Shown here in pieces: positions 26,492 through 36,893 of a stretch of 64,000 nt of DNA. Location: positions 175,157-239,156 of the forward strand of contig DYGI01000001.1 of the NCBI GenBank assembly GCA_020724805.1, read 5' to 3'. The notes below the pieces were generated by a model. The model saw only the letters and a program-made list of their open reading frames with translations. It was not told where the DNA came from and searched no databases. The position numbers and the translations under genes were made by a program. Positions within the stretch are counted from its first letter, which is position 1, and every line of letters begins with the position of its first letter. The DNA is from Candidatus Microgenomatus sp. (GTDB taxonomy: Bacteria > Patescibacteriota > Minisyncoccia > UBA6257 > GWB1-50-10).

Positions 26492-27706
26492 ATGGAAAGT
26501 AATACCAAAAGGTACCGTATGGCCTTTTTGACCGGCCAGCCCATCGTCGATCAAGCTCCGCTATTTAGAAAACTTGCCGAGCATCCTCGCGTGGATCTGA
26601 CCGTCTATTTTTGTTGGGATACCGGCGCGGGTGAAGTGTCGTTCGATAAGCAGTTTGGCGTGGCGATCCGATGGGGCACCCCGCTCCTTGGGGGATACCT
26701 ACACAAGTTTTTGAGGAATTTTTCCCTCAAACCTTCCGATTCTTTTTGGGGGCAGGTAAATTTTGGCATCATCGTTGAGCTTTTCAGGAACCGCTACGAC
26801 GCCATCGTCATTCACGGATGGAACTCGTTCACTTATTGGTTGGTGTTTCTCGTCGCCCCCGTGTTGGGAGTTGATATTTTTCTCCGAGGCGAGAACCCAT
26901 TCAATCAAGAGATTCTGAAGTCTTCATGGAACTTAAGGATCAAGAGAGTCGTATTGGGGTGGTTATTCCGACGGGTAAGTGCCTTCCTTTACCTCGGAGA
27001 AGAGAACAAGAAGTTCTATGAATATTATGGAGTCCCAGCGGAAAAGTTGTTCTTTACTCCCTACGCGGTCGAGAATGATCGGTTTTTTGAACAGGCGCAG
27101 CTGCTACGAAGCGATAGGGAAAAATTGAAGAAAGAAATGGGTTTGTCGCCGGAAAGCGTGACCATCCTTTTTATGGGGAAACTCATAGACAAAAAAAGGC
27201 CTTTTGACGCAGTGAAAGCGTTGGAAATTCTCGCCAGTTCCTTTCCAAACCTACGCCTTTTAATGGTAGGTGACGGCTCACTCCGGCCGGCGCTTGCACA
27301 ATACATCACCGAGAAGAATTTGCGACAAATCGAACTTGTTGGATTTAAAAATCAGACTGAAATTCCCAGGTATTATGCGGTCGCTGACATTTTCGTGTTG
27401 CCATCCGGACCCGGAGAAACGTGGGGGCTTGTAGTGAATGAGGCAATGAATTTCGGCCTTCCGATTGTGATCTCGGACATTGTGGGGTGTGGTCCGGATT
27501 TAGTCCGTGACGGAAAAAATGGTTATCGGTACCCAATCGGGAACATAGAGGCGCTTGCTAAATCTTTAGAGAAACTTATTGAGAGTAAGGAAAGGCGTGA
27601 AGCGTTTGGGATAGAGTCACTAGAAAAAGTACAAGAGTATTCTTATAAAAAAGACATTGAAGGAATTCTGGAAGCGCTAGATTTTAGTTATGACGGAAAG
27701 AGGTAA
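26492..27706 (+). CDS. Glycosyltransferase family 4
   Basis: GKLIDKK.P, ETWGLVVNEAM. Confidence 0.9.
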   Translation: MESNTKRYRMAFLTGQPIVDQAPLFRKLAEHPRVDLTVYFCWDTGAGEVSFDKQFGVAIRWGTPLLGGYLHKFLRNFSLKPSDSFWGQVNFGIIVELFRNRYDAIVIHGWNSFTYWLVFLVAPVLGVDIFLRGENPFNQEILKSSWNLRIKRVVLGWLFRRVSAFLYLGEENKKFYEYYGVPAEKLFFTPYAVENDRFFEQAQLLRSDREKLKKEMGLSPESVTILFMGKLIDKKRPFDAVKALEILASSFPNLRLLMVGDGSLRPALAQYITEKNLRQIELVGFKNQTEIPRYYAVADIFVLPSGPGETWGLVVNEAMNFGLPIVISDIVGCGPDLVRDGKNGYRYPIGNIEALAKSLEKLIESKERREAFGIESLEKVQEYSYKKDIEGILEALDFSYDGKR

Positions 27707-28775
27707 TCTAAAAATTTTTCTTGTCGGTGACGTGCCACGACATGATGTAACACACGCCCAAAAAAGAGCGTTTGAAAGACTTGGATGTGAGGTCATCATC
27801 ATGGATCCCTCACAATATTATTTTATTAAATTATGGAACAGAGTTTTGAACCGATTTCTTGCCACGCTCGTCCGCTTTAAGAAGGAGTTAGGGATAAGGA
27901 TTTACTTCGGAGTTAAGAAACTGAACGAGGAAATCATAAAGGTTGCACAGGAAACCAAACCGCATTTTATTCTCATCCATAAACCAGTGCTGATTGAGCC
28001 TGGAACTGTAGAGAATCTTAAAAAGCTTGGCACAAAGGTTTTTACGTATTTTGCCGATGATATTCAGAATCCCTTAAGTGTGTCGCGGCGCCTTTATAAA
28101 GCGTTACCTCTATACGATGCCCACTTTACGAATAAGTCACACCAAATCGAGGATTTAAAGAAAATGGGAGGGAGAAAGGTGTTTTTTGTGTCGGCATCTC
28201 CCGACCTCGATTTTTACTATCCTGAGAAAATTTCCGAAGAAGAAAAAAAGAAATTGGGAGCCGACCTAGTCTTCATAGGGAATTGTTATGAAAAGTATAG
28301 AGCGGAGTTTTTAGAAAGGGTTTGTCGGTACGGATATAACATAAAAATATATGGTAGTTTATGGGATCGGCTCTCTAGCTGTAGATGTTTAAGGAAAAGT
28401 GGTAGCCTAATGTTGAGACCCGCGGAGGGGGACGATTATAGGCGGGTTATGAATTCCAGCAAAATAGCAATTGCACTTTTAAGTAAAATGAACAGAGACC
28501 AGCATACTCGTAGAACCTTCGAAATTCCTGCATGTGGTACTTTTATGCTTCACGAGAGGACACCAGAAGCAGTCAGTTTTTTTAAAGAAGGCGAGGAGGC
28601 AGAGTTTTTCAGTTCTTTCGATGAGTTGATAAAAAAAATTGACTACTATCTTAAACACGAGAAAGAACGAGGCAAAATAGCTGTTGCTGGCCTGAAGAAA
28701 GCGAGATCATATAAGTATTCATACCTCGCCAATGCCCAGAAGATGTTAAACGTCTACAAAACGTTAACGAAATAA
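27690..28775 (+). CDS. Glycosyltransferase (CgeB/Glyco_trans_1_2-like)
   Basis: DLVFIG, RTFEIPACG.F.L, IDYYL.H..ER..IA. Confidence 0.8.
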   Translation: MTERGNLKIFLVGDVPRHDVTHAQKRAFERLGCEVIIMDPSQYYFIKLWNRVLNRFLATLVRFKKELGIRIYFGVKKLNEEIIKVAQETKPHFILIHKPVLIEPGTVENLKKLGTKVFTYFADDIQNPLSVSRRLYKALPLYDAHFTNKSHQIEDLKKMGGRKVFFVSASPDLDFYYPEKISEEEKKKLGADLVFIGNCYEKYRAEFLERVCRYGYNIKIYGSLWDRLSSCRCLRKSGSLMLRPAEGDDYRRVMNSSKIAIALLSKMNRDQHTRRTFEIPACGTFMLHERTPEAVSFFKEGEEAEFFSSFDELIKKIDYYLKHEKERGKIAVAGLKKARSYKYSYLANAQKMLNVYKTLTK

Positions 28776-28778
28776 ATC

Positions 28779-29537
28779 ATGGAAAAGCAAAAAAGCGGCT
28801 ACAGAAATTTTCTTTTTTCCCGATACGTGTCTTCGGTAGTGAGGCCAGTTTTTGGCGAAACCTCGCTTAAAGAGATAGAACGGCAATTTCCAGTTTGGGA
28901 AGAATATTTTGGTCGTTTTTTTCCAGAAAATTCGGGAGTTGCGATTCTCGATCTTGCATGCGGCTACGGCTCCTTCATATTCTGGCTTCAGCGGAAGGGT
29001 TATCAAAACACCGAGGGTGTGGATATTAGTGATGAACAGGTGAATTATGCGAGAAAATTAGGAATTAAAGGGGTAACAAAAGGGGATGCAAGATTTTTTC
29101 TTGGCGATAAACACGAGAGATACGACATAATAGTTGCTCGAGATTTTATGGAACATCTCAATAAAGAAGAGGTGATAAGGGTGAGTTCCTATATCTTGAG
29201 TGCCTTAAAACCAGGAGGAATATTTCTCATGCAGGTTCCGAATGCAGAAAATTTAATGGGAGCGCGCTATCGTTATGGAGATTTTACCCATGAGGTAGGG
29301 TTCACTTCTCGATCAGCTCGTCAAGTACTCCTCGCTTCGGGTTTCAAATATGTGAGTGCATATCCGCAAAGACCCGTTATACGCGGCATAAAGTCCTTTG
29401 TAAGATATTTACTTTGGAGGGTAGTGGAGTTGATGTTGCACTTCTATCTTATAATCGAAAGCGGATCATCCGATGCTTTTTTTACACAAGATATTATTGT
29501 CAAGGCAGACAAGAGCGAACGGAAAAGCGAAGAGTAA
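28779..29537 (+). CDS. Class I SAM-dependent methyltransferase
   Basis: ILDLACGYG, GVDIS, EHL, LKPGG. Confidence 0.88.
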   Translation: MEKQKSGYRNFLFSRYVSSVVRPVFGETSLKEIERQFPVWEEYFGRFFPENSGVAILDLACGYGSFIFWLQRKGYQNTEGVDISDEQVNYARKLGIKGVTKGDARFFLGDKHERYDIIVARDFMEHLNKEEVIRVSSYILSALKPGGIFLMQVPNAENLMGARYRYGDFTHEVGFTSRSARQVLLASGFKYVSAYPQRPVIRGIKSFVRYLLWRVVELMLHFYLIIESGSSDAFFTQDIIVKADKSERKSEE

Positions 29538-29539
29538 AA

Positions 29540-30445
29540 ATGAAAAAAAAATTTATCGTAACAGGTGGGGCTGGATTTATAGGCTCCCATTTAGTAGATG
29601 CTATCATTGCGCGCGGTGACGAAGTGATTGTCATCGACAACCTTGCTACGGGGAAACGCGAGAACGTAAACCCAAATGCAAAATTTGTTCGAGTAGATAT
29701 TCGCAATTTTGAAGAAATCTTACCGCATTTTCATGGCGTAGATTTTGTGTTTCATGTTGCGGCGCTTGCGCGCGTTCAACCCTCTATAGAGGAGCCAAAA
29801 ACATTTCACGACGTTAACATTACTGGGACCCTTAATGTTCTTCTTGCTGCGAAAGAAGCTGGGGTGAAGAGGGTGATATATTCAGCTTCGTCGTCGGCGT
29901 ATGGAGATCAAAAAACCATGCCGCTCCGCGAAGATATGCCCGCAAATCCTTTGAGTCCCTACGGACTTCAAAAATATGTTGGGGAAATGTATTGCCGATT
30001 GTTTTCTAGAATATATGGCTTGCAAACTGTGAATCTGCGATATTTTAACGTTTACGGAGAACGTCAGCCGCTCGAGGGGGCATACTGTCTCGTGATGGGG
30101 ATTTTTATAAGACAGCGGCTTGCGGGCAAGCCGATGACTATTGTTGGCAATGGAGAGCAGAGACGCGATTATACCAATGTTGCGGACGTAGTAAGCGCCA
30201 ACCTGTTGGCTGTCGAGAGTAAAAACGTTGGTAATGGTGAGGTGATTAATATCGGGCGAGGTAGAAACTACACTGTTAATGAAGTGGCCGCAATGATTGG
30301 GGGGCCGACTACTAAACTTCCGCCACGTATAGAACCAATAGAGACTTTAGCAGACAACTCACTTGCGCGAAAACTTCTTAGGTGGGAGCCCCACATCAAC
30401 TTACCAGAGTGGATGGTGTCATACAAAAAAATAGTAGGACTGTAA
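29540..30445 (+). CDS. NAD-dependent epimerase/dehydratase (extended SDR)
   Basis: TGGAGFIGS, SSSAYG, YGLQK, RYFNVYG. Confidence 0.92.
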   Translation: MKKKFIVTGGAGFIGSHLVDAIIARGDEVIVIDNLATGKRENVNPNAKFVRVDIRNFEEILPHFHGVDFVFHVAALARVQPSIEEPKTFHDVNITGTLNVLLAAKEAGVKRVIYSASSSAYGDQKTMPLREDMPANPLSPYGLQKYVGEMYCRLFSRIYGLQTVNLRYFNVYGERQPLEGAYCLVMGIFIRQRLAGKPMTIVGNGEQRRDYTNVADVVSANLLAVESKNVGNGEVINIGRGRNYTVNEVAAMIGGPTTKLPPRIEPIETLADNSLARKLLRWEPHINLPEWMVSYKKIVGL

Positions 30446-30455
30446 CACTCCCACG

Positions 30456-31133
30456 GTGAATATAGAAAAATTCCGAAACAAGCAAGGGAAAATTTGGCTT
30501 AACGTTGCCTCCTCGGTTTATGCTTTGGCTGAGTTTGTTAATTTAGACAACAGCGTATTTCTTCAATTTTCAGACATACTTTATATACTGCGCCCCCTCA
30601 TCCCTGGAAAGTATCATGAATGGATTACAAAGTATAAAAATTTAAAAAAGAGCAAGCTTTTTTTAATACACGACTGCCGAAAACCACTTCCTTTCCCAAA
30701 CTCTTCCGTGGACCATGTATTGTGTTCGGATTTCCTCGAGCACGTCTTTCCAAAGGAGGCGGAAGAAATTGTCGGTGATTTTCACCGGGTATTAAAGGAT
30801 GGCGGTACATTGCACATCGTGGTGCCAAACCTCACGTGGATGGTTGAAGAATATCTAGAAAAGAAAAAGAGCAAGACGTCGAACGCCGCCGATTGGTTTA
30901 TCGCAGAAACCATATTAAGTCGAAAAACTCGAGGTTCCTTAAAATATAGAATTCTCGAATTTTTTGGCGCCTTCGGGTTGCAGCATTACTGGATGTACGA
31001 CGACGATTCCATGAAGATGTTGCTTGATAAATTTGGATTCAAAATAGTGGAGGAAAAAAATTTTCCAAGCAAAAACTATCGTGCTGGTATAGATTACAAA
31101 AGCAAGGCCGTCGAAGTCTTTGCTCAAAAGTAA
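30456..31133 (+). CDS. Methyltransferase type 11-like protein
   Basis: PLPFPNSSVD....FLEH, RVLK.GG...VPN. Confidence 0.75.
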   Translation: MNIEKFRNKQGKIWLNVASSVYALAEFVNLDNSVFLQFSDILYILRPLIPGKYHEWITKYKNLKKSKLFLIHDCRKPLPFPNSSVDHVLCSDFLEHVFPKEAEEIVGDFHRVLKDGGTLHIVVPNLTWMVEEYLEKKKSKTSNAADWFIAETILSRKTRGSLKYRILEFFGAFGLQHYWMYDDDSMKMLLDKFGFKIVEEKNFPSKNYRAGIDYKSKAVEVFAQK

Positions 31134-32246
31134 TCACCGGATCATTTTGAGGTATTTATTGGCCGCTGCTTCCACCGAGAAGAATTTTGCACGCTTGCAC
31201 AGCTCTTCGTGATTTCTTGGGCTGCTCATAGCTTCTTTAATAGCTTCTGCCAAGGCGTTTATGTTTTTGACTGGCACGAGTCTCCCAAATCTCCCGTTAT
31301 CCAGTGCTTCCGCGGGTCCCGTAGGGCAATTAGTTGCGACGACCGGCGTACCGCACGCCATGGCCTCTACTAGTACATTGCCCAACCCCTCGTATATAGC
31401 GGGATGCACAAATACTTTTGAGCGCGCCATGTAAGCGTATGGATTATCGACAAATCCAGGCATCGAAACATATTTCTCGACACCGAGATTTCCGGTCATT
31501 TCCTCAAGTTTTTCTCTTTCTTCTCCTTCGCCTAAAATGATGAGCCGGAGATTTTTTTCTCTTCTCAATATCGAGAATGCCTCTATAAGATTTGCGAATC
31601 CTTTTGATTCCGATAGGGAGCCCACACCAATTACCACGCCCTCGGATGATTCACTAAAAAACGGGTGCGAAACATCTTCACGACATTTTTCGTACACTTT
31701 TTCGTCGATGATTGGGTTGTAAACAACTTGCACGCGTTCCTGCGGTATTTTGGCGCATTTTGACAAGTCGTCCGCTATTCCCTTTGATGCTGCAGTAATG
31801 AAGTTTGCGCGCGGGTACAAGAGTCGTATCAATAAATGCATAACTCGCTTTCTTATCAATCCCCGTATGGAGAGCGAGATGAAGTTTTGTTCGCTTATTA
31901 TCAATTTCGTCTTTATTCCCGAAATAGCTCTTGCGACGATGGCGATTAAGTTACATTTGTTCATCGCAGAAATAATCACGTCGGGGCTTTCCCTACGTAG
32001 ATAAAGAGAGAATGGAAGGAGGCTTTGGGGCACACGGAACCTTTTTACTAATGGATTGAAACTAACGACCTCTATTTTCTGAGGAACCTGTTTCAAATAA
32101 GGGCCTTCTTTAACGATGAGAAAAAAACTCACTTGGTGCCCCTTACTATGGAGACTCATTGCTAAGTGAAGCATTGCTTTTTCCGCACCACCACCCCCCA
32201 ACGAAGTAAGGAAAATAACAATTCGTTTTTGTGTTGTAGACGCCAT
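31134..32246 (-). CDS. Glycosyltransferase family 4
   Basis: GGGAEK, NPY.YM, EGLGNVLVEAMACG. Confidence 0.9.
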   Translation of the reverse strand: MASTTQKRIVIFLTSLGGGGAEKAMLHLAMSLHSKGHQVSFFLIVKEGPYLKQVPQKIEVVSFNPLVKRFRVPQSLLPFSLYLRRESPDVIISAMNKCNLIAIVARAISGIKTKLIISEQNFISLSIRGLIRKRVMHLLIRLLYPRANFITAASKGIADDLSKCAKIPQERVQVVYNPIIDEKVYEKCREDVSHPFFSESSEGVVIGVGSLSESKGFANLIEAFSILRREKNLRLIILGEGEEREKLEEMTGNLGVEKYVSMPGFVDNPYAYMARSKVFVHPAIYEGLGNVLVEAMACGTPVVATNCPTGPAEALDNGRFGRLVPVKNINALAEAIKEAMSSPRNHEELCKRAKFFSVEAAANKYLKMIR

Positions 32247-32342
32247 AAATTTTGAGGTTAGTTGACTATATTGCAAATCTAATTTATTTTACATAAAGCA
32301 CAAGAATAAACCAACAGCCAATAACTTTGGAGGGCGAGTCTC

Positions 32343-33848
32343 ATGCAAGAACGAATTTGTCTCGTGATCCCGCCTTCCACATTTCTTCTGGATGAGCGGG
32401 TGTTTATGACCTTGGGTATTTTGAAGGTTGCTGCAGTGCTCGAAAAGACATGGAAGGTGGATGTGTTGGACCTCTCGGGTATTGAAAACTACGAAGAGGC
32501 GATGGCCGACTACCTTGCGCGGTTTGATACGACTGTATTCGGCTTTACTGCAACAACCCCACAAATGCCCGCAGTCAGTCGCCTTTCCCGCGTTATGAGG
32601 AGTCTTCGTCCTAGCTCAAAGCTAATTCTCGGCGGACCCCATGGAACGTTGGTAAACGCGGCGCACCGAAGAGAGAAGAAAGATGGCATTCGGGGGAGAG
32701 CAACAACAGCATTCGAAGGGCTTCTTGAGCTTTTCGATGTGGTGGTTGCAGGAGATGGAGAATATGCGGTTTTCGAAGCTCTCAAGTCCACTGCGCCGCG
32801 CCTCGTTGATGCTGATGATCCAGCATCAAGCTTGTTCCTGACGGACACAGCTTTGGACGAAACGCCTTGGCCAGCTCGCCATCTCGTGGATGTGGGAAGT
32901 TATCATTACTCTATTGAAGGGGAACGCGCATTGAGTCTTATCGCTCAACTTGGATGCCCCTTTAACTGTGGTTTTTGCGGAGGAAGAAACTCACCTTTTC
33001 TTCGAAGAATCCGTACGAGGACCACTGAGAACATCGTCGCAGAAGTCGAATACCTCTACAAGCAATATGGGGTAAAAGGCTTCATGTTTTATGACGATGA
33101 GTTGAACGTTTCCCGCTCCATGGTGGACACGATGAATCAACTCTCCAATCTCCAGAGTAAGTTGGGAGTCGAATTTCGCTTGCGTGGGTTCATTAAGTCA
33201 CAACTATTTACTGATGAACAAGCAAGCGCGATGTATCGTGCGGGGTTCCGGTGGATATTGGTAGGTTTTGAATCCGGTTCCCCGAGAATTTTGCGGAATA
33301 TCGACAAGCGAGCGACGCGCGAGGAGAACACGAGGTGCTTGGAGATCGCGAAGCGCCACGGTCTCAAGGTGAAAGCGCTTATGTCGATTGGACATCCTGG
33401 AGAATCGGAAGATACCATTCTCGACACGCGTAATTGGCTACTCGAGACGTCACCTGACGATTTCGATGTAACGATTATAACTGTCTATCCAGGAACTCCG
33501 TACTACGACAAAGCCGTTCTTCACCCGGATCGCCCTGATACGTGGGTCTACACATTCGAAGGAGATCACTTGTATAGCCGCGAGGTTGACTACCGGACAG
33601 TGGCTGAATACTACAAAGGAGATCCTGACGGAGGTTATCAGGCGTATGTTCACACCGACTTTCTTACCTCGGAACGTATCGTTGAGCTACGCGACTTCGT
33701 TGAGAGAGATGTTCGGAAAAAACTGAACATACCCTTCAATCCAAGTGCGGCGGCTCGACGGTACGAACATTCGATGGGTCAAGCAGGAACCATGCCATCG
33801 AATATTCTACGCTCGTCCGCTTTCAAGATTTCCAAGAGCCTGGTCTAA
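32343..33848 (+). CDS. B12-binding domain radical SAM protein
   Basis: N-terminal cobalamin-binding region (ILGGPH, GDGE), CPFNCGFC, GFESG. Confidence 0.88.
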   Translation: MQERICLVIPPSTFLLDERVFMTLGILKVAAVLEKTWKVDVLDLSGIENYEEAMADYLARFDTTVFGFTATTPQMPAVSRLSRVMRSLRPSSKLILGGPHGTLVNAAHRREKKDGIRGRATTAFEGLLELFDVVVAGDGEYAVFEALKSTAPRLVDADDPASSLFLTDTALDETPWPARHLVDVGSYHYSIEGERALSLIAQLGCPFNCGFCGGRNSPFLRRIRTRTTENIVAEVEYLYKQYGVKGFMFYDDELNVSRSMVDTMNQLSNLQSKLGVEFRLRGFIKSQLFTDEQASAMYRAGFRWILVGFESGSPRILRNIDKRATREENTRCLEIAKRHGLKVKALMSIGHPGESEDTILDTRNWLLETSPDDFDVTIITVYPGTPYYDKAVLHPDRPDTWVYTFEGDHLYSREVDYRTVAEYYKGDPDGGYQAYVHTDFLTSERIVELRDFVERDVRKKLNIPFNPSAAARRYEHSMGQAGTMPSNILRSSAFKISKSLV

Positions 33849-33922
33849 GTACTGACCAGGCTCCTTTTTATGTTATTTGTGTAAAAAGTGCGTTTTTATT
33901 TCATGCGTGATACTTTAGAATT

Positions 33923-35125
33923 ATGAAAATTCTTCATATTGTTTCCACATATATCCCCGCCTATCGCCGTGGGGGACCCATTGCAAGCGTTCACAATATG
34001 AATAAGTGGCTCGCAAAGAAAGGCGTTGATGTTACGGTGTACACTACCGATATCGATATTCCAAAGGGGAGCGTAAGGCTTGGAGAAGAAGTGAATGTGG
34101 ACGGAGTGAAGGTATGGTACTTCCCGCTAACGTGGAAGACGTGGCAGTACGCGTACGGTATGCACCGCGCGCTTGCCGAAAGCGCAGGAAATTTTGACAT
34201 CATGCACATCACGTCCACCTTTCTCGCCGCTTCCACGCTTGGCGCGTATTATGCGAAGAAATTCAAGGTTCCATACCTCATTTCGCCGCGCGGCAATTTA
34301 ATGAAGGAACCCCTCTCAAAGGGCGTTCTCAAGCGCTTTAAAAAATCGCTTTATCTTCTTCTTGTAGAGAAAAGAAACCTTATGGGGGCAGCGGCTATAG
34401 ATTTCACTGTAGAAAGCGAGAAGCGGGAATATCTTGAACAAAAACTTCCCCCAGTGAGAACACTGGTTCTTCCGAACGGGCTCGAAGTGGAGCACGTAGG
34501 AAGGAGAAACGATAATCCACAAGAAATCAAAAAAGTTTTTTGCGAGCAATATGGTTTGCCGGAATCAGCACGCATCGTTTTGTTTCTCGGAAGGATAACG
34601 TGGATAAAAGGGTTCGATACGCTCATACCCGCATTTGCAAATATCGCACGCAAGGCACGCGACGCATTTCTAGTAATCGTGGGGCCAGATGAAGGAGGAT
34701 ATGAGAAAACGGTGAAAAAACTAGTGGCCGAGAATGCATTACACGAGAAGGCCATTTTCACGGGAATGCTTACTGGGAAACAAAAAGAGAACGCGCTTTA
34801 TGCGGCCGATGTTTTTGTGCTTCCTTCATACTCGGAGAGTTTTGGTATGTCCGCGATAGAGGCGATGTCTCTCGGAGTGCCCGTGGTGGTAACTACCCGT
34901 GTAGGCATTGCGCCGGATATCGGAAAAGTGGGGGCCGGGCTGGTAGTGGAAAAAGACGATCGGCAGCTAGCGGATGCAGTACTTTCGATCCTTGGAGATC
35001 CATCGCTCGCACAGCGTATGGGAACGAAGGGGAGTGAATTGGTTTCGCGAGAATTCGACGCTTCACGGTTAGCAGAAAAATGGATCGAAACCTATAATGA
35101 ACTCGCTTATCATGAACAACGGTAA
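33923..35125 (+). CDS. Glycosyltransferase family 4
   Basis: GGP, LFLGRI..KG, ESFGMSAIEAM. Confidence 0.9.
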   Translation: MKILHIVSTYIPAYRRGGPIASVHNMNKWLAKKGVDVTVYTTDIDIPKGSVRLGEEVNVDGVKVWYFPLTWKTWQYAYGMHRALAESAGNFDIMHITSTFLAASTLGAYYAKKFKVPYLISPRGNLMKEPLSKGVLKRFKKSLYLLLVEKRNLMGAAAIDFTVESEKREYLEQKLPPVRTLVLPNGLEVEHVGRRNDNPQEIKKVFCEQYGLPESARIVLFLGRITWIKGFDTLIPAFANIARKARDAFLVIVGPDEGGYEKTVKKLVAENALHEKAIFTGMLTGKQKENALYAADVFVLPSYSESFGMSAIEAMSLGVPVVVTTRVGIAPDIGKVGAGLVVEKDDRQLADAVLSILGDPSLAQRMGTKGSELVSREFDASRLAEKWIETYNELAYHEQR

Positions 35126-35918
35126 ATTGGACGTTATAATCCTTACGAGAAACGAGGAGAAAAATCTCCCGTACGCGCTTGAGAGCGTGAAGTCACTCAA
35201 AGTGAAGGTGTGGGTGGTGGACTCGGGTTCAACCGATGGAACGGAACGAATCGCCAAGGCGGCGGGCGCCGAGGTCGTCTCACACACCGAATATGTGAAC
35301 CAGGCACAGCAGTTCAATTGGGCGCTCGATAACCTCCCTTTGGAAGGGGAGTGGGTATTGCGATTAGATGCTGATGAATGGCTCACACCCGAACTCGCTG
35401 AGGAAATAAAGGACACAGTTGATAGCGACCCTCCGGTTAACGGTTATTACCTGCCAAGGCGCGTGTATTTCATGGGCCGATGGATGCGCCATGGCGGATA
35501 TTACCCCACGTGGATATTACGACTTTTCCGCCGCGGGAAGGCGCGCTCCGACAATAGACCTATGGATGAGCATATTGCGCTTTCAGAAGGAGTTGCCGAA
35601 CGGCTTACCTGTGACTTTGCGGACGAGAACCGGAAAGGACTTTCGGAGTGGGTGCGCAAACACAACGATTATGCTTCGCGCGAGGCCGTCGCCGTTCGGG
35701 AAGGGAATGACGGAGAGAGCGGGCAGAAGAAGACTATATACTACCGAACCCCGCCATTTTTGCGGGCACTCATCTACTTTTGTTATCGCTACTTTTTACG
35801 ACTCGGGTTTTTGGACGGAATTCCAGGATTAGCGTTCCACTTCCTTCAGGGTTTTTGGTACCGGTTCTTGATAGACGCAAAACTTTACGAGATGAAAAGA
35901 GAATCGCGCACCCATTAA
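35112..35918 (+). CDS. Glycosyltransferase family 2
   Basis: NEE.NL, VDSGSTD.T, LDADE. Confidence 0.9.
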   Translation: MNNGKLDVIILTRNEEKNLPYALESVKSLKVKVWVVDSGSTDGTERIAKAAGAEVVSHTEYVNQAQQFNWALDNLPLEGEWVLRLDADEWLTPELAEEIKDTVDSDPPVNGYYLPRRVYFMGRWMRHGGYYPTWILRLFRRGKARSDNRPMDEHIALSEGVAERLTCDFADENRKGLSEWVRKHNDYASREAVAVREGNDGESGQKKTIYYRTPPFLRALIYFCYRYFLRLGFLDGIPGLAFHFLQGFWYRFLIDAKLYEMKRESRTH

Positions 35919-35924
35919 TTAATC

Positions 35925-36893
35925 ATGAACAACTCTGTCAGCGCCATTGTCACGGTTTATAACAAACAAAATACCATTGCCAAAACACTGGAGTCTTTAT
36001 TGTCCCAACCTTCGAAGTTTAAAGAAATAATTGTTGTGGACGATGGGGGTACTGATGGCTCCGCCGAAATCGTAAAGAAATTCGCGGAGAAGCATAAAAA
36101 TATAAGATATGCTTTTCAGAAAAATCAAGGCGTGGCTTTATCGTTGAATGCGGGGTTAAGAATGGTAAATACCGATCTTGTCGCGGTGCTTGATGGAGAC
36201 GTAGCGCTTCCTGAAAATTGGCTCCCGACATTAATGTCGTATTTTGGGAACAAAGAAATTGCGGCGGTTTCCGGTTTAACAAAAACAATGAACCCAAAAA
36301 ATCTTTGGGCCGCGTTGGCTGGTTATAACGTGGAATATAGGCAGTCAAAGATAGAAGGTGAATTTGTTGACCACCTGAGTACCACCAACGTTATCTACCG
36401 GAAAGCGGTTTTGGACAAGATCGGCTTGTTTGACCCGGAGTTCAGGTATGGCCAGGATAATGAAATTAGTTATAGGATCCTGGCGGCCGGCTATAAATTG
36501 GTTCTTTCAAAGAAGACTTTCTGCCTCCATTTTTGGCCAGAAAGCTTTATGGGTTTTATGAAGCAGCGAATGCATGGCGCACTGGGTAGGGTAATGCTGA
36601 TTAAAAAGCATCCAAAAAGATTGACGGGGGATAAGGTTTCCAGTTTGCGTTATTTCTTGGAATTGCCGCTTGGATCGGCTTTTCTTTTGTCCCTCATTGC
36701 GCCCTTATTCTATCCCGGCTTTTTGATTGTGGCGGGGTTCATTATGGTTCTGATCTACCTTTTCCAATTGAGCGAGATTCACTTTTTTATCAAAAACAAA
36801 AAAGCGCTCATCGGGTTTTTTATGCCCGTTTTTGTTGCCTTACGGACGGTAGCGTGGCTCGGCGGAATTATTAAATTTTACTTGAAAGGCTAG
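35925..36893 (+). CDS. Glycosyltransferase family 2 with C-terminal TM helices
   Basis: YN, VDDGGTDGS, LDGD. Confidence 0.88.
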   Translation: MNNSVSAIVTVYNKQNTIAKTLESLLSQPSKFKEIIVVDDGGTDGSAEIVKKFAEKHKNIRYAFQKNQGVALSLNAGLRMVNTDLVAVLDGDVALPENWLPTLMSYFGNKEIAAVSGLTKTMNPKNLWAALAGYNVEYRQSKIEGEFVDHLSTTNVIYRKAVLDKIGLFDPEFRYGQDNEISYRILAAGYKLVLSKKTFCLHFWPESFMGFMKQRMHGALGRVMLIKKHPKRLTGDKVSSLRYFLELPLGSAFLLSLIAPLFYPGFLIVAGFIMVLIYLFQLSEIHFFIKNKKALIGFFMPVFVALRTVAWLGGIIKFYLKG

